A stretch of 64,000 nucleotides of DNA from an uncultured bacterium. GTDB lineage: Bacteria > CAYUVA01. The notes below the pieces were generated by a model. That model searched no databases. It worked only from the letters and a program-made list of their open reading frames with translations, and was not told where the DNA came from. The DNA is taken from NCBI GenBank assembly GCA_964448115.1, contig CAYUVA010000003.1, positions 1 through 64,000 of the forward strand. The letters run 5' to 3'. The translations under genes and the position numbers were made by a program. How positions within the stretch are numbered: position 1 is the first letter of the stretch; each line of letters begins with the position of its first letter. Positions 1 through 11,000 of the stretch are shown one piece after another.

Positions 1-2829
1 GAGAACCTATATTCACACCAGGGAGAGCTTTTCAATGCAGTGGTGAACGAAAAGCAAAATGCGGTAATAAGTACGCCTTTAGGCAGTGGCAAATCGACTA
101 TGGTAAATCTGCTCGCCCTGGCAAATATCATCACCGAGAATAAAAATGTGCTGTTTATCTTTGCTAGAGAATCAAAAGCAAAGCAAAGGTATCAGCAGCT
201 CCTGGACTGGATAAAGAATGCAAACTGGGGATGGCGAATCTCCATAGATTTTTTAAGCAAAGAGCTTAGCGAGCTTGATCGGCAAAGATTGGGATCGACC
301 TCGGACATAATGGTCGCATCATGGGAATCCTTGGATAATAACCTCGATTTTTTTATCCATGAAATTGGCGAGGAATATCTAGGTAATCTCGATTTGATCG
401 TTCTTGAGGATGTTGATTTTGGTGCTCTAAGTGAATCCGCCCATCTTTGCTTTATGCTAAAAAATATCTTGGTTGCAGCAGATGCCTTCAGAGCAACACC
501 AAAGACGATAATCACCACTAGAGGAATAAGTCATCTCCAGGAGATTATCCCTCGAATTATCGGCACCTCAAATTTTAAGGCTATCGAAAGCGATGGCAGC
601 CCAAGCAATGTAACCAAAACAGTCTTGTGGATGCCACCATTGGAGGACGACCCTTCAACAGATCTTCTAAGCGATTATCTTTATAAAAGAAAAGACTACA
701 TAGAGGAAGCGATATTATTAACCTCCGCATTTATCGTGGAGCAACATCTAAAGGTCGGTCTATACTTTACATCAGCCAAGTTCACCGAATCAGTGGTGAA
801 TCAAATTAAGCACCGGGCTATAGAATACATAAGAAAGATATCCCCTGGTGAACAGGCAATCGAGGCTAGGAAATTGAGCATTATTACCGATCTAAATGAG
901 CTTACTACTGAAGAATTAGGCAGCTTCGATTGCATTGTAATGACCGGTGTCCCCTTTGGATATGTCAATACACACAATGAAATGAATAAGATCCTGAAAA
1001 ATGGCGGCATCGCTATATGGTTACTCAGAAACGAAGCATTGTCTAACCTGATATTTAGACATCCTGAAATCTATAGAACAGAAATAAAGCAAAAGGCTTC
1101 ATTCCTGTTCGAGCATCCATACTTTAGACAGGAATATTTGAAAAAGATTTTCAACTCTCTGGGGAAAAGCAGATTTATAAAAAAAGACATTCTTTATCAA
1201 CTTTATGGAAAAGAATCTACCGATAACTCCTTAAATAAATCCTTGAAAGACGGCTTAATATTTTCCGATTCAAAAATCGATGATAATGTTGATGTCTATT
1301 ATCTCGCTGAGGATAAGCAATTTCCTCTACCAGACCTCGATCTTAATTGTGCTACTTTACAACATATCGAGCTTGTTGATGAGGCTAATAATCCAATCCT
1401 TAAATGTGATAAGCATCTGCTCTATTGGACTATTTTTGAAAATGCACTGGTTAATGATGACCAAAGAATATACCAGGTAGATAAAATAAATAAAGATAGG
1501 GTAGTACTTCGTGCTCAGACTGGTAATGATTTTATCGATACCCATGAGTTCTTCGATTGCTCCATAACCCTCAAGAGCATACAAAAAGCCATAACCAGAA
1601 CATCCCCACAAGATAACATCAGGTTCACCTTTTGCCTGGGGACAGCGGTAGTTAAAATCACCAATAAAGGTTACATAAATGTACCTAAAAACGAGGAACT
1701 CTGGGATGCCCATAAATTCAGTCGCCAACTTCCCACGCTTGAGATCGATACCAATATTTTGTGCCTGAAATTCGAGAATACCTCCTTCGGGGTGCTCCAC
1801 AGCTTCGCACACCTGCTCTCCATCCTTTTACCCACATTTATCCTTGGTACACAGCAGGCTATAAAAGTGAAGGTGGTCGATATAACCAGCTCTGCCACCG
1901 AGCAGAACGAACAAGGTAAAATATCAGGCGACCATATCTGTATCATCCCATTGGATCCACAAGCCACCAACCTGCTTAGGGATATCGCTGAACTTTTCGA
2001 GGGGGACAGCATATTTAAGGATGCTTATGATATCCTGACCAGTTGCTCTTGCAGAGATGGTTGCCATTTCTGCCTTCATACCTTCAAATGCTCACAGACC
2101 GATAGCTGCAATGAAAAACTGGATAAGAACGAATTGATAGAAATCCTAGGGCAATTTACAAATATGGAGCTTGAAGATACCGTCTATGCGCTTACTGACC
2201 CCAACCTACTGGTCAAAGAAGGGAATGAGGAGTTTTTAGGGGAGCTTAAGAAAATAATGACCGATAAAGAAACGGGCTTATATAAAAAGATATTTGGCAA
2301 TATCGGGATCATCGATAAGCCAGTCAAGGTGGTGTTCATGAGCCAGGAAAACAAGAAAAGATATGCTGCTAGGGGATTATTTACCGGACATCAAGTGGAG
2401 ATCGCAAAGAATATGAGCAGAAGAAGCTGCCTGTCAGTAGTGGCTCACGAGTACATGCACAACTGGCAAAACGAAAAGATGGCAAGAGAACTAATGCCTG
2501 CACCTCATATTCCATTCGATGGAAAACTGTATATAGAGGGTCATGCGTCCTGGGGTGCTTTTAAGATTGATGAATTCTATGACCTTCGAGGATACATGTA
2601 CTCAATGGAGATCTATAAAGACGACGAGTACGGCGAGGGCTTCGACACTTTTCGATGGCTGGAGAAGAACTATGGAATGGCAGCCGTGCTTCGATTCGCA
2701 AGCAGCAATCAGCTTCCCAAAGGTTTGAATGAAGAGAAGCTACTCGAGGAATCTGGCACCACGGCTGCTGTACAAAGATGGGAGCAAAAGAAAAAGGAAC
2801 AAAGTCCGCCATCAGATGAAAGTGATTAA
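1..2829 (+). CDS. 5'-truncated MrfA/Hrq1-like SF2 helicase-fold protein (degenerate motifs) with DUF1998 Zn domain and C-terminal DA1-like HEXXH metallopeptidase
   Basis: Frame is open from base 1 (ENLYSHQGELF..., the LYSHQ Q-motif). Walker A TPLGSGKS, DGSP motif, DUF1998 LHSFAHLL and CSCRDGCHFC, then AHEYMH...EGHASW...YGEGF. Confidence 0.75.
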   Translation, partial: ENLYSHQGELFNAVVNEKQNAVISTPLGSGKSTMVNLLALANIITENKNVLFIFARESKAKQRYQQLLDWIKNANWGWRISIDFLSKELSELDRQRLGSTSDIMVASWESLDNNLDFFIHEIGEEYLGNLDLIVLEDVDFGALSESAHLCFMLKNILVAADAFRATPKTIITTRGISHLQEIIPRIIGTSNFKAIESDGSPSNVTKTVLWMPPLEDDPSTDLLSDYLYKRKDYIEEAILLTSAFIVEQHLKVGLYFTSAKFTESVVNQIKHRAIEYIRKISPGEQAIEARKLSIITDLNELTTEELGSFDCIVMTGVPFGYVNTHNEMNKILKNGGIAIWLLRNEALSNLIFRHPEIYRTEIKQKASFLFEHPYFRQEYLKKIFNSLGKSRFIKKDILYQLYGKESTDNSLNKSLKDGLIFSDSKIDDNVDVYYLAEDKQFPLPDLDLNCATLQHIELVDEANNPILKCDKHLLYWTIFENALVNDDQRIYQVDKINKDRVVLRAQTGNDFIDTHEFFDCSITLKSIQKAITRTSPQDNIRFTFCLGTAVVKITNKGYINVPKNEELWDAHKFSRQLPTLEIDTNILCLKFENTSFGVLHSFAHLLSILLPTFILGTQQAIKVKVVDITSSATEQNEQGKISGDHICIIPLDPQATNLLRDIAELFEGDSIFKDAYDILTSCSCRDGCHFCLHTFKCSQTDSCNEKLDKNELIEILGQFTNMELEDTVYALTDPNLLVKEGNEEFLGELKKIMTDKETGLYKKIFGNIGIIDKPVKVVFMSQENKKRYAARGLFTGHQVEIAKNMSRRSCLSVVAHEYMHNWQNEKMARELMPAPHIPFDGKLYIEGHASWGAFKIDEFYDLRGYMYSMEIYKDDEYGEGFDTFRWLEKNYGMAAVLRFASSNQLPKGLNEEKLLEESGTTAAVQRWEQKKKEQSPPSDESD

Positions 2830-3073
2830 ATTATCGAGTTATAAAGCGATAAAAGGGCGGTAACCCTGCTAATCAACTCAAGGAAGTACACGATCTACTG
2901 ATAAAATAGGGACCACGAATAGATTCGCCACTGCCTGGCTGTTTATCCCCCTTCATCGCCTTAAGCACTAACTGTATGTGATTAAACTGAAGATATTTTA
3001 ATTTGATATTAATATAAGATATTACTTTGTAATGACTGTGGCCGTTAATAACCTTCTCCCCATTACCCGGACC

Positions 3074-3093
3074 CTTCCCCAAGTTTGGGGAAG
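3074..3093. repeat. Intergenic palindrome (REP-like hairpin)
   Basis: CTTCCCCAA-GT-TTGGGGAAG perfect 9-bp inverted repeat in non-coding DNA. Confidence 0.45.
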
Positions 3094-3185
3094 AGGAGTC
3101 TTGGGTTAGGTCTATCAGGCGACCTATTATTCCAGCTAACTTGATCTTTTATGTTCTCGCTGCTAGCTTGCTTTGGCGAGTAGTT

Positions 3186-4151
3186 ATGTTCGACGAGTTG
3201 ACTAATAGACGACTGATCTTCGTTATGGGAAAAGGTGGAGTGGGTAAATCTACCATTGCATCAGCTATCTCCAAGCGGGCTGCCAAGCGCGGGAAGCGGG
3301 TGCTTCTGGTCGGGATTGACTCCACACGCCAGATTGAGACCTTCTTCAACTCGCCGATCATTACCAGGGAGATATCGCAGCTCAAAGAAAGGCTTTTTGG
3401 GGTGTATCTTGATCGACAGCAGGTGTTAGACCAATGGGTGAAACGAATAATCAAGCTTAAACCGCTTTATAATCAGATTATGCAAAGCATGCCCTACAAG
3501 TATGTGAGCGCGGTAGCTCCCGGCTTCAGGGAGCTTCTTATATTCAATGCAATCTTCGAGTACGAGAAAGATACCCTGCGAGGAAAAAAAAGCCCCCGTT
3601 TCGATCTGATCGTGGTCGATTGTCCAGCAACCGGGCATGGCATGAGCTTTCTGGAGATCCCGAGAACTGCTATCAAGGGCTTCACCTTCGGACCGATGAA
3701 TAAACTTGCAAGGCAAATAGATTCGATGCTCAGCGATCACAAAAAGACCGCTGTTTTATTGGTCTCGCTTGCCGAGGAGATGCCAGCGAACGAAACCGTT
3801 ATGTTATACAACAAAATGGTATCCAGGCTCGAATTCGATATCGGTGCGGTAGTGATAAACTGCGTCTATCCAAGACTGTTTTCTGACCATAAAATAGCAG
3901 AGATGCATGACTCGATGGATGAAAATAAGCTGCACGGGACCATAGAGACGGTGTTGGGTGATCATGTCCCTCCTAGGGTTGCTGAGCTGCTGATGAACTC
4001 AGCTTCCTTCCAACTCAGTCGCCAGGGTCTGAACGATAAGTACTTGAATATGATTAAGAAACATATTTCAACCCCAAGTAGAGTAATCCCATTCATACCC
4101 AAATTGCGTGATGACGAGAAGTTTCTAAACTTGGTTGCAAAGTATCTGTGA
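3186..4151 (+). CDS. ArsA/Get3-family ATPase (single domain)
   Basis: GKGGVGKST deviant Walker A, APGFREL, DCPATGH (DTAPTGH-like), LAEEMP. Start moved to ATG 3186 (MFDELTNRR). Confidence 0.85.
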   Translation: MFDELTNRRLIFVMGKGGVGKSTIASAISKRAAKRGKRVLLVGIDSTRQIETFFNSPIITREISQLKERLFGVYLDRQQVLDQWVKRIIKLKPLYNQIMQSMPYKYVSAVAPGFRELLIFNAIFEYEKDTLRGKKSPRFDLIVVDCPATGHGMSFLEIPRTAIKGFTFGPMNKLARQIDSMLSDHKKTAVLLVSLAEEMPANETVMLYNKMVSRLEFDIGAVVINCVYPRLFSDHKIAEMHDSMDENKLHGTIETVLGDHVPPRVAELLMNSASFQLSRQGLNDKYLNMIKKHISTPSRVIPFIPKLRDDEKFLNLVAKYL

Positions 4152-4460
4152 ACTTGAAAATGTATCTTACATCAAACAATATCTATAATAACAGCAAAAA
4201 AACTAGAAATTATAAATATTGAAACACTAAAACTAGAAACTAAACAACTAACAACTAAGGCAGCGTAGCCGCAACCAAATCTTGAAGGTTGTTTGAGGAT
4301 CCACTATTTCAGTGGCTTGACTAATCAAGGGGATATACCATCCCTCATTGTTAGACTTTTCTTGGGCTAGTCGATTGCATATTTTATGTAGCTTGGGTAA
4401 AATCGCATTTTGATTTTTGAATGGGAATAATGTTACCTTAAGAATTAGACACAAGGAGGC

Positions 4461-5321
4461 ATGATGAATAAAGCATTGGTTGGGATTATAGGTGGCAGTG
4501 GCCTTTATGAGATGGAAGGGATCCACAACATGCAGGAGCACCAAATAGAGACCCCCTTCGGTAGCCCATCAGAGGTGATCGTAACCGGCGAGCTTGCTGA
4601 TAAACCGGTAGCCTTCTTAGCTCGCCACGGCAGGGGACATCGAATACTTCCCAGCGAGATAAACTACCAGGCGAATATCTGCGCGCTCAAGATGCTTGGC
4701 GTGGAGTATATCATCGCCGTCGGCGCCTGTGGCAGCCTTAAGGAAGAGTTGAAACCGGGTGATCTTGTGCTGGTGGATCAATTCTTTGACCGAACCAGGG
4801 CGCGAGGGAAGGGAACATTTTTCGGCGATGGAATCGTGGCTCACATCCAGTTCGGCAACCCAATATGTCCTAACCTTCAAGGAGTGCTTTATGATGCTGC
4901 CTGCCAGGTGGGTGTTACCGTGCACAACGGCGGAACATACATCAACATGGAGGGACCCCAATTTTCGACCAAGGCTGAGTCAAACCTGTATCGCTCTTGG
5001 GGCATGGATGTCATCGGCATGACCAACCTTTATGAGGCTAAACTTGCCCGCGAGGCGGAGATCTGCTATGCAACACTTGCCTTTGTTACAGATTACGATT
5101 GCTGGCACGAAGAAGAGGTAACCATCGCTATGGTAATCGAGTATCTCAACCGAAACATCGTAAATGCCAAGCGGATCATCAAAAAATCCCTGAGCAGCAT
5201 CCCTTATGATCGTAACTGCCAGTGCCCCAAAGCTCTCGAGAACGCGATCATCACCCAAAAGGAGCGTATCCCACAACAGACCAAGGACAAGCTAAAGGTG
5301 ATCGCAGGTAAGTACCTGTAA
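4461..5321 (+). CDS. mtnP: S-methyl-5'-thioadenosine phosphorylase
   Basis: [55 protein letters not shown] upstream. Confidence 0.95.
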   Translation: MMNKALVGIIGGSGLYEMEGIHNMQEHQIETPFGSPSEVIVTGELADKPVAFLARHGRGHRILPSEINYQANICALKMLGVEYIIAVGACGSLKEELKPGDLVLVDQFFDRTRARGKGTFFGDGIVAHIQFGNPICPNLQGVLYDAACQVGVTVHNGGTYINMEGPQFSTKAESNLYRSWGMDVIGMTNLYEAKLAREAEICYATLAFVTDYDCWHEEEVTIAMVIEYLNRNIVNAKRIIKKSLSSIPYDRNCQCPKALENAIITQKERIPQQTKDKLKVIAGKYL

Positions 5322-5329
5322 GCAAAAAT

Positions 5330-6247
5330 ATGGAGAAAAATATGAAACTACTTGTGGTAGGTTCAATAGCCTTTGATTCAATCACCACCCCGCACGGGGA
5401 GGTTGAAGCAATCCAGGGAGGCTCCGCAACATACTTTTCAATATCTGCCAGCTATTTCTGGCCAGTGCGAGTAGTCGCAGTCGTTGGCGAGGATTTCTTG
5501 ACCGAACATTACAATATCTTCAAGGGCAGACGGATAGATACCCGTGGGATCTACCAGGCAAAAGGTGATACATTCTTCTGGCGAGGAAGGTATGTGGACG
5601 ACATGAACGAGGCTCAGACACTTGAAACAAGACTCAATGTGTTCGAGGACTTCAAGCCCGACATCCCCGATAGTTACCAGGACAGCGATATCATCTTTTT
5701 AGCCAATATTGACCCCGATCTTCAGCTTGAGGTGCTTAGACAAATGTCAAAAGCGGAGATCGTCTGCATGGATACGATGGATTTCTGGATCAAGAGCAAA
5801 TCTAAACAGGTTAAAAAGGTGATCTCCAAGTCGCATATCCTGATCTTCAATCACGGCGAGGCGAGGTTGCTAACCAACAAGAGAAACATGCTGCTCGCTG
5901 CCAAACAGCTTCTAGGGATGGGTCCTGATACGGTTATCATTAAGAGGGGTGAGTTCGGCGCCCTGATGGTGCGCAAAAATAGCATCTTCTGGACCCCAGG
6001 ATATCCACTCGAAGAGATCGTAGATCCCACCGGAGCCGGGGATACCTTTGCCGGAGGCGTGGTCGGATACATCGCCCAAAAAGGGAATCTGGATGATAAG
6101 ACCCTGCGCAAAGCGATGTATTTCGGCAGCGTAATGGCTTCTTATGATGTCGGGAACTTCGGGATGCGAGGCATACTTTGGCTAACAGAGGAGGATATAA
6201 ATAACCGCTTCAAGGAGTTCATCCGCCTGACCCACATAGAATTCTAA
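5330..6247 (+). CDS. PfkB-family carbohydrate/nucleoside kinase
   Basis: VGSIAFD, GGSATY, DPTGAGDTFAGG signature; directly follows mtnP. Confidence 0.9.
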   Translation: MEKNMKLLVVGSIAFDSITTPHGEVEAIQGGSATYFSISASYFWPVRVVAVVGEDFLTEHYNIFKGRRIDTRGIYQAKGDTFFWRGRYVDDMNEAQTLETRLNVFEDFKPDIPDSYQDSDIIFLANIDPDLQLEVLRQMSKAEIVCMDTMDFWIKSKSKQVKKVISKSHILIFNHGEARLLTNKRNMLLAAKQLLGMGPDTVIIKRGEFGALMVRKNSIFWTPGYPLEEIVDPTGAGDTFAGGVVGYIAQKGNLDDKTLRKAMYFGSVMASYDVGNFGMRGILWLTEEDINNRFKEFIRLTHIEF

Positions 6248-6259
6248 GGGCATAGCCAG

Positions 6260-7672
6260 ATGGAAAAGCTCAGATGGAGGCTTACGACAACTGTACATCT
6301 GCTATGTTCGACTTTCATCTTGCTTCATGCCTTGGTGCCTTATGTCCCTGATGGCGGTGGACTGTGGGGGGCGAATTACTTCAGGGATCTCTCTAAACCG
6401 ATATTCGTGCTGCTCATAACCTTGTGGTGTGTCTGTGCCATACCGCCTCTGGGAAGGCTTTTCCTTGATCTGAAAGTGCGCTTTTCCATTGCCACCAGCC
6501 ATATCTGGGAGCGCAGCCCATCTTGGAAGTTCCTTGCTGCCATAGTCAGTTTCTTTGCCTTCTGGATTCTGGGTGCATATCGAGTCTATGGAGACGGAAC
6601 CTCCATCGCCTCCAATATCGAACATGGATATTGGTTCGATGTGAAGAATCCGCTATATCGCGGGATAAATGTCGCCCTGCACCAGTTGATCAGCCTGTTT
6701 CGCACCTGGCATGGAGACTGGACACTCAGCCTGGTTAGTTGCCTTGCTGGAGTAATCTACATTTATATTGTAATCGAGACCGCAGCGGAGCTGGGGAATG
6801 ATGTCAAGCAGCGCTGGATAGCCTTTGGCATCCTGATAAGTCCCGGCTATATGCAGCTATTTTTCGGGCATATAGAAAATTATGCCCTATCGACCGCCTT
6901 ATTGTCCCTCGCCCTTTATTCATCAATAAAGTTCATGCGGGGTGCAGCCACGCCGTTTAGCCTTGGATTGGCTTATTCGCTTGCCGTAACCGCACATTTG
7001 TCAGCGGTCTGGATATTGCCCGGATTTGTTTACCTGGTTTGCAAAAATACCGACAAGCTTAATAAAAAAGCATTATTTCAACTGATTATTGGGGCATCGA
7101 TCCCTTTGCTTCTTTGCCTGGTTTTCTTCTTTCTAGGACACCAGAAATTAAAGACCGGCTTTATTGATGAGCTGGGCGGAGATGATGCCTCGATGTTCGT
7201 GCCGCTTGCCAGGCTGGATTCCCCAAAGGAACATTATACTCTATTCTCCTCGGACCATATCATTGCCATGATAAACGAACATCTCTTGATCGGCGGAATA
7301 TTACTCCCCCTAGCGGTGATATTGATCATTTTGCGATTCAAACAACTGGTTAAGGATCGAGTATTTATTTTCCTAGCTTTGACCTCGCTAGGATACCTGG
7401 CATACTCCATATTATTTAACCCTGATTTAGGTCCGTTTTGGGACTGGGACATGTTTGCAGCCAGCGCTTTACCATATACTTTCCTGTGCGCACACATCTT
7501 AAGCCGGCATTTAAATATTCATGAAGCCCAAACTATTGCTCCAGCAATTATCATTAGCGGAATAGTGCACTGGCTAGGGTTCGTATTATTTAACAACCTC
7601 AACTTCGAGCCTATCAGGGAACAGCAGATGGAGGATATCTTGCGGAGGTTTAAATTACCTAATCAACATTAA
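6260..7672 (+). CDS. Polytopic membrane protein, GT-C-fold glycosyltransferase-like
   Basis: About 12 hydrophobic segments; loop motifs YGDG, LFFGHIENYA, DWDMFA. Confidence 0.6.
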   Translation: MEKLRWRLTTTVHLLCSTFILLHALVPYVPDGGGLWGANYFRDLSKPIFVLLITLWCVCAIPPLGRLFLDLKVRFSIATSHIWERSPSWKFLAAIVSFFAFWILGAYRVYGDGTSIASNIEHGYWFDVKNPLYRGINVALHQLISLFRTWHGDWTLSLVSCLAGVIYIYIVIETAAELGNDVKQRWIAFGILISPGYMQLFFGHIENYALSTALLSLALYSSIKFMRGAATPFSLGLAYSLAVTAHLSAVWILPGFVYLVCKNTDKLNKKALFQLIIGASIPLLLCLVFFFLGHQKLKTGFIDELGGDDASMFVPLARLDSPKEHYTLFSSDHIIAMINEHLLIGGILLPLAVILIILRFKQLVKDRVFIFLALTSLGYLAYSILFNPDLGPFWDWDMFAASALPYTFLCAHILSRHLNIHEAQTIAPAIIISGIVHWLGFVLFNNLNFEPIREQQMEDILRRFKLPNQH

Positions 7673-8085
7673 ATGAATAGAAAAAACATTTTTGAACGAC
7701 GAGGAGTTGGTGGTGTGAGTCGTTGCTGTAAAGCTCGGCTTTGATCATATAGTTCCCCGGCTCATCCTTCCCATCCCAGCATTCTAATATACCTGATCTT
7801 CCTCTCATTGATATTGAAACATAACTTATTTTTAATCTGTGCATTTCAGCCCTCCCGCCTTTATGATAGCAGAAGGACGCTTTATGCAAAAATTATTATG
7901 ATGCCATGTATATTATAATATCTCAAAGAATTTCTGTTCTAACTTTAGGTAAACAGTCTTTTAATTTTTACTCAGACTCGGAAGTGAAGTTTATTAATCC
8001 TAGTCTAGATGAGAAAAGACGGAAGGATTATGGAGAATGAGATTTAGGTGTAAAAACGAGAGATAGTACTGTATTATATCAACTA

Positions 8086-11000
8086 ATGATACTAGGTGCT
8101 TTTGATATCATCTGGCTTCTAATACTTTTGTTTTTAGCTCTCCTTGCGTCGTATCTGCTGCTTAGGCATGGCAGTAGATCTATACCCTTAGTGATCTTCA
8201 TAGTCGGGCTGTTTGTCAGCTATGTGGGGCAGGCTTACCTGCAGGTGGATCAGGTCAGGCTAGGCTACATTATTTACATTCCTGCGGTCTTTTTTGCCTT
8301 GATTGCCTTTTACCTCCAAAACAAGAAACAGTTTCATCATGTTGAGATAATCTTCCCCCCCCGGTTGGAGCTTCTTATGGCAGCTCTGGCTATCGGAGTA
8401 GGCATCTTCTTTAAGCTGTATAAGGTAACAACCTTGCCAGCCTCGCCTGGTACCGAAGAATGTGTTCATGGGATGCATGCCCTGTGGGTTCTCGATTACG
8501 GGTGGAGATACCCTATCCAGGTTCAGGGAGTTACCTGGTCTATCGGAATTTATATCTGGGCATTGAGTCTTCATTTACTCGGCGTGAGCTTATTTAACTT
8601 GAGACTCCCTATCATCATTTTGAACATGGTTGCTCTATTCCTTTATTATTTTACCTTTCGTCGCTTGTTCAACAATCGAGTAGCCTTCGTGGCTTGTACC
8701 CTGTTCTCCATAATGCTTTGGAATAATGCCATCACCAGAGTCCCTCAAAAGGAGTGCTTTGTACCATTTTTCACCATCGCATCTTTATTTTTCCTGGTTA
8801 GAGCCATAGATATGAACAAGCTACTGGATTATATTCTCGCCTCATTGTTCATCGTTTTGGGCAACTACACCTTTCAGGGCTTTCGCACAGCAGATCTGAT
8901 GCTAGCTGCTGCCTTCATGTATAGCGTCGTATTCAAGAAGCGATACTTCAGATGTAACTGGTGGCGAATCGTGGTGATGCTGATAGCCATGGCAGCCTTC
9001 TTTTATCCATTCATCAAGCTCAAGGGGATAGTTTATCTCTTGCCAGATCACGGGGTTGCGGTTATGGGCGAGCATACCTCTGAACAAAAGATGAAAGAGT
9101 CAGCGTTATTTGCTCTCCAGATGTACAATTACAAGGTCTTCGGGCAGCAGCCATTCAACTATACGGATAGGCGATACAAAGATACTATACTACAATGGGG
9201 AAGGGATTTGGGCAACATACTTATTAACAAGACTCAATATACTTCGAATAAGACCATGAGATGGATTTTAGCCACCCTTGGTCAAGCCTCCCGCGCCCTT
9301 GTCCTCCGTCCTAACAAGGTTGATATTATGAATATCTACCTGAAGGTCTTCTTCACCTTTGGATGGATATTGTGTTTGATACGCTTCACTCGGCATGGAT
9401 ATGGCTTCTGTTTCACCTACCTGTTATTCGGCACACTTGGTGCAATGGTGCTTGAGGGAATTTTACGGCGTTTCAATGCCATACAGGTGATAATCCCGGT
9501 TATGAGTGCAATCGGGCTTGATTGGGGGCTATGTGCACTGGCAAAGCTGAAAAGAGGGGGATGGCGAAGGAGATATGCTACATTCGCCCTAATACTTTTA
9601 GCGGTGTTCTCCATGTCCAATTTCTACATATACAAGGTGCATATCCTGCAGCACTACAACCTTATGGGGTGGGTTGATCTGATTGTCGATTATTTCAAGC
9701 GCGATTTCAAGGACTACGATATGGTTCCTCGAACCGGCACCCCTGATTACATGAGTTTCTTGACCTGGGAGGTTACTCGAAATCTCGATTATTACCTGCA
9801 TCCCGAGCTTGCCTGGGAGCAGGTCTTTCCACCGCATCATAAGTACTTCAAGCCATACAAGGGCGTTGCCTATATCTTTGATTATCAGAATATTAATTTC
9901 CGAGAGTTCAACATGGTCATGCAATACTGCCCTAACACCACCTTCAAGGTATTGAAAGATGGTAACAAGCCAATCCACCTGGTATTGAAAGTGCCACGAG
10001 GCGACCTGGATAGAATCTTTGGGTTAAATACATGCTTCTATCGCTCACGAAGCGACCTGAACCAAGATCTTGCTTTTAAGAGGGGCAATTACTTTAGGGC
10101 TAAGGATTTCGAGCTCATAGGCGATGTTAATTTAAGCTTTCCCGTTTACTGCAAATGGGAGGGATCGATCTTGGTGTCGAAAGGTGATGAATATCATGTC
10201 TGCATCGATTCTGAGGGCTTTGGAGAGCTTTATATAGATGACCACTTGATGTATAAGCAGGGAGCTGATAACCAGGTTAAATTCATTGAAAAACAATACC
10301 TCTTAAAGGGTTTGCACAAGTTGGTGATTCTCGATGAGATCTCCCATAAAAACGACCGAGTCGAGCTTTCATGGTGGATAAGCGAACATCATTACTACCG
10401 TACTCCGCGTAAGGTGGATGACTTCAGGATTCTAACCGTCTCTGCTGAGGGGAATCCGCTCAGTGCGCCCAAGGTTAATACGAGACTACCCAAGGCGAAG
10501 CTTTTGACACACAAGAAAGGGATCCTCTCGGATTACCTGGAAAGGGCGAACACCAGCGAGCTTAACATGGTGGCTGACCGATGGGATAATCTATATATCT
10601 TCAACCACAACTCCCATTACCCGCTTCAGATTACAGCAAATTATGAGCTTAATCCCATAAGAAAGGAGGGGTACTCTAAGACTTTATCCAAGATTTTCGA
10701 TGTGGAGTTCGATTCCTCAGGCAGAATATTGATCGTATCATGGGATAAATTCTCTGCACTTATATCCAAACAGGAGTCCTCAACATTATTACGACTTTTT
10801 GACCAAGACCTTAACTTGCTGCGGGAAGAGGATGTCTTCGTTTGGTATGTGGATGGTGCCCTTGATTCGCAAAACAACCTGTGGGTTAGAACCGGCTATC
10901 CAGAACACCTTTATTTAAGTAAATTCAATGATCGACTGCTGCATGTCAAGGAGTGGAGCTTTAAGCACCTGGTAAATCATCAACTCACCCATATTTCGAG

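Noticed and set aside
1-2829. Calling the helicase DISARM DrmB or canonical MrfA
   Set aside because: No drmA, methylase or mrfB neighbour in view, ATPase motifs are degenerate and there is an extra peptidase domain. Upstream context is unavailable.
4190-4285. Low-complexity AACTAGAAA/ACAACTA repeats and TAGCCGCAACCAAA upstream of mtnP
   Set aside because: Short, degenerate and single-site in this window; may be repeat debris but cannot be supported.
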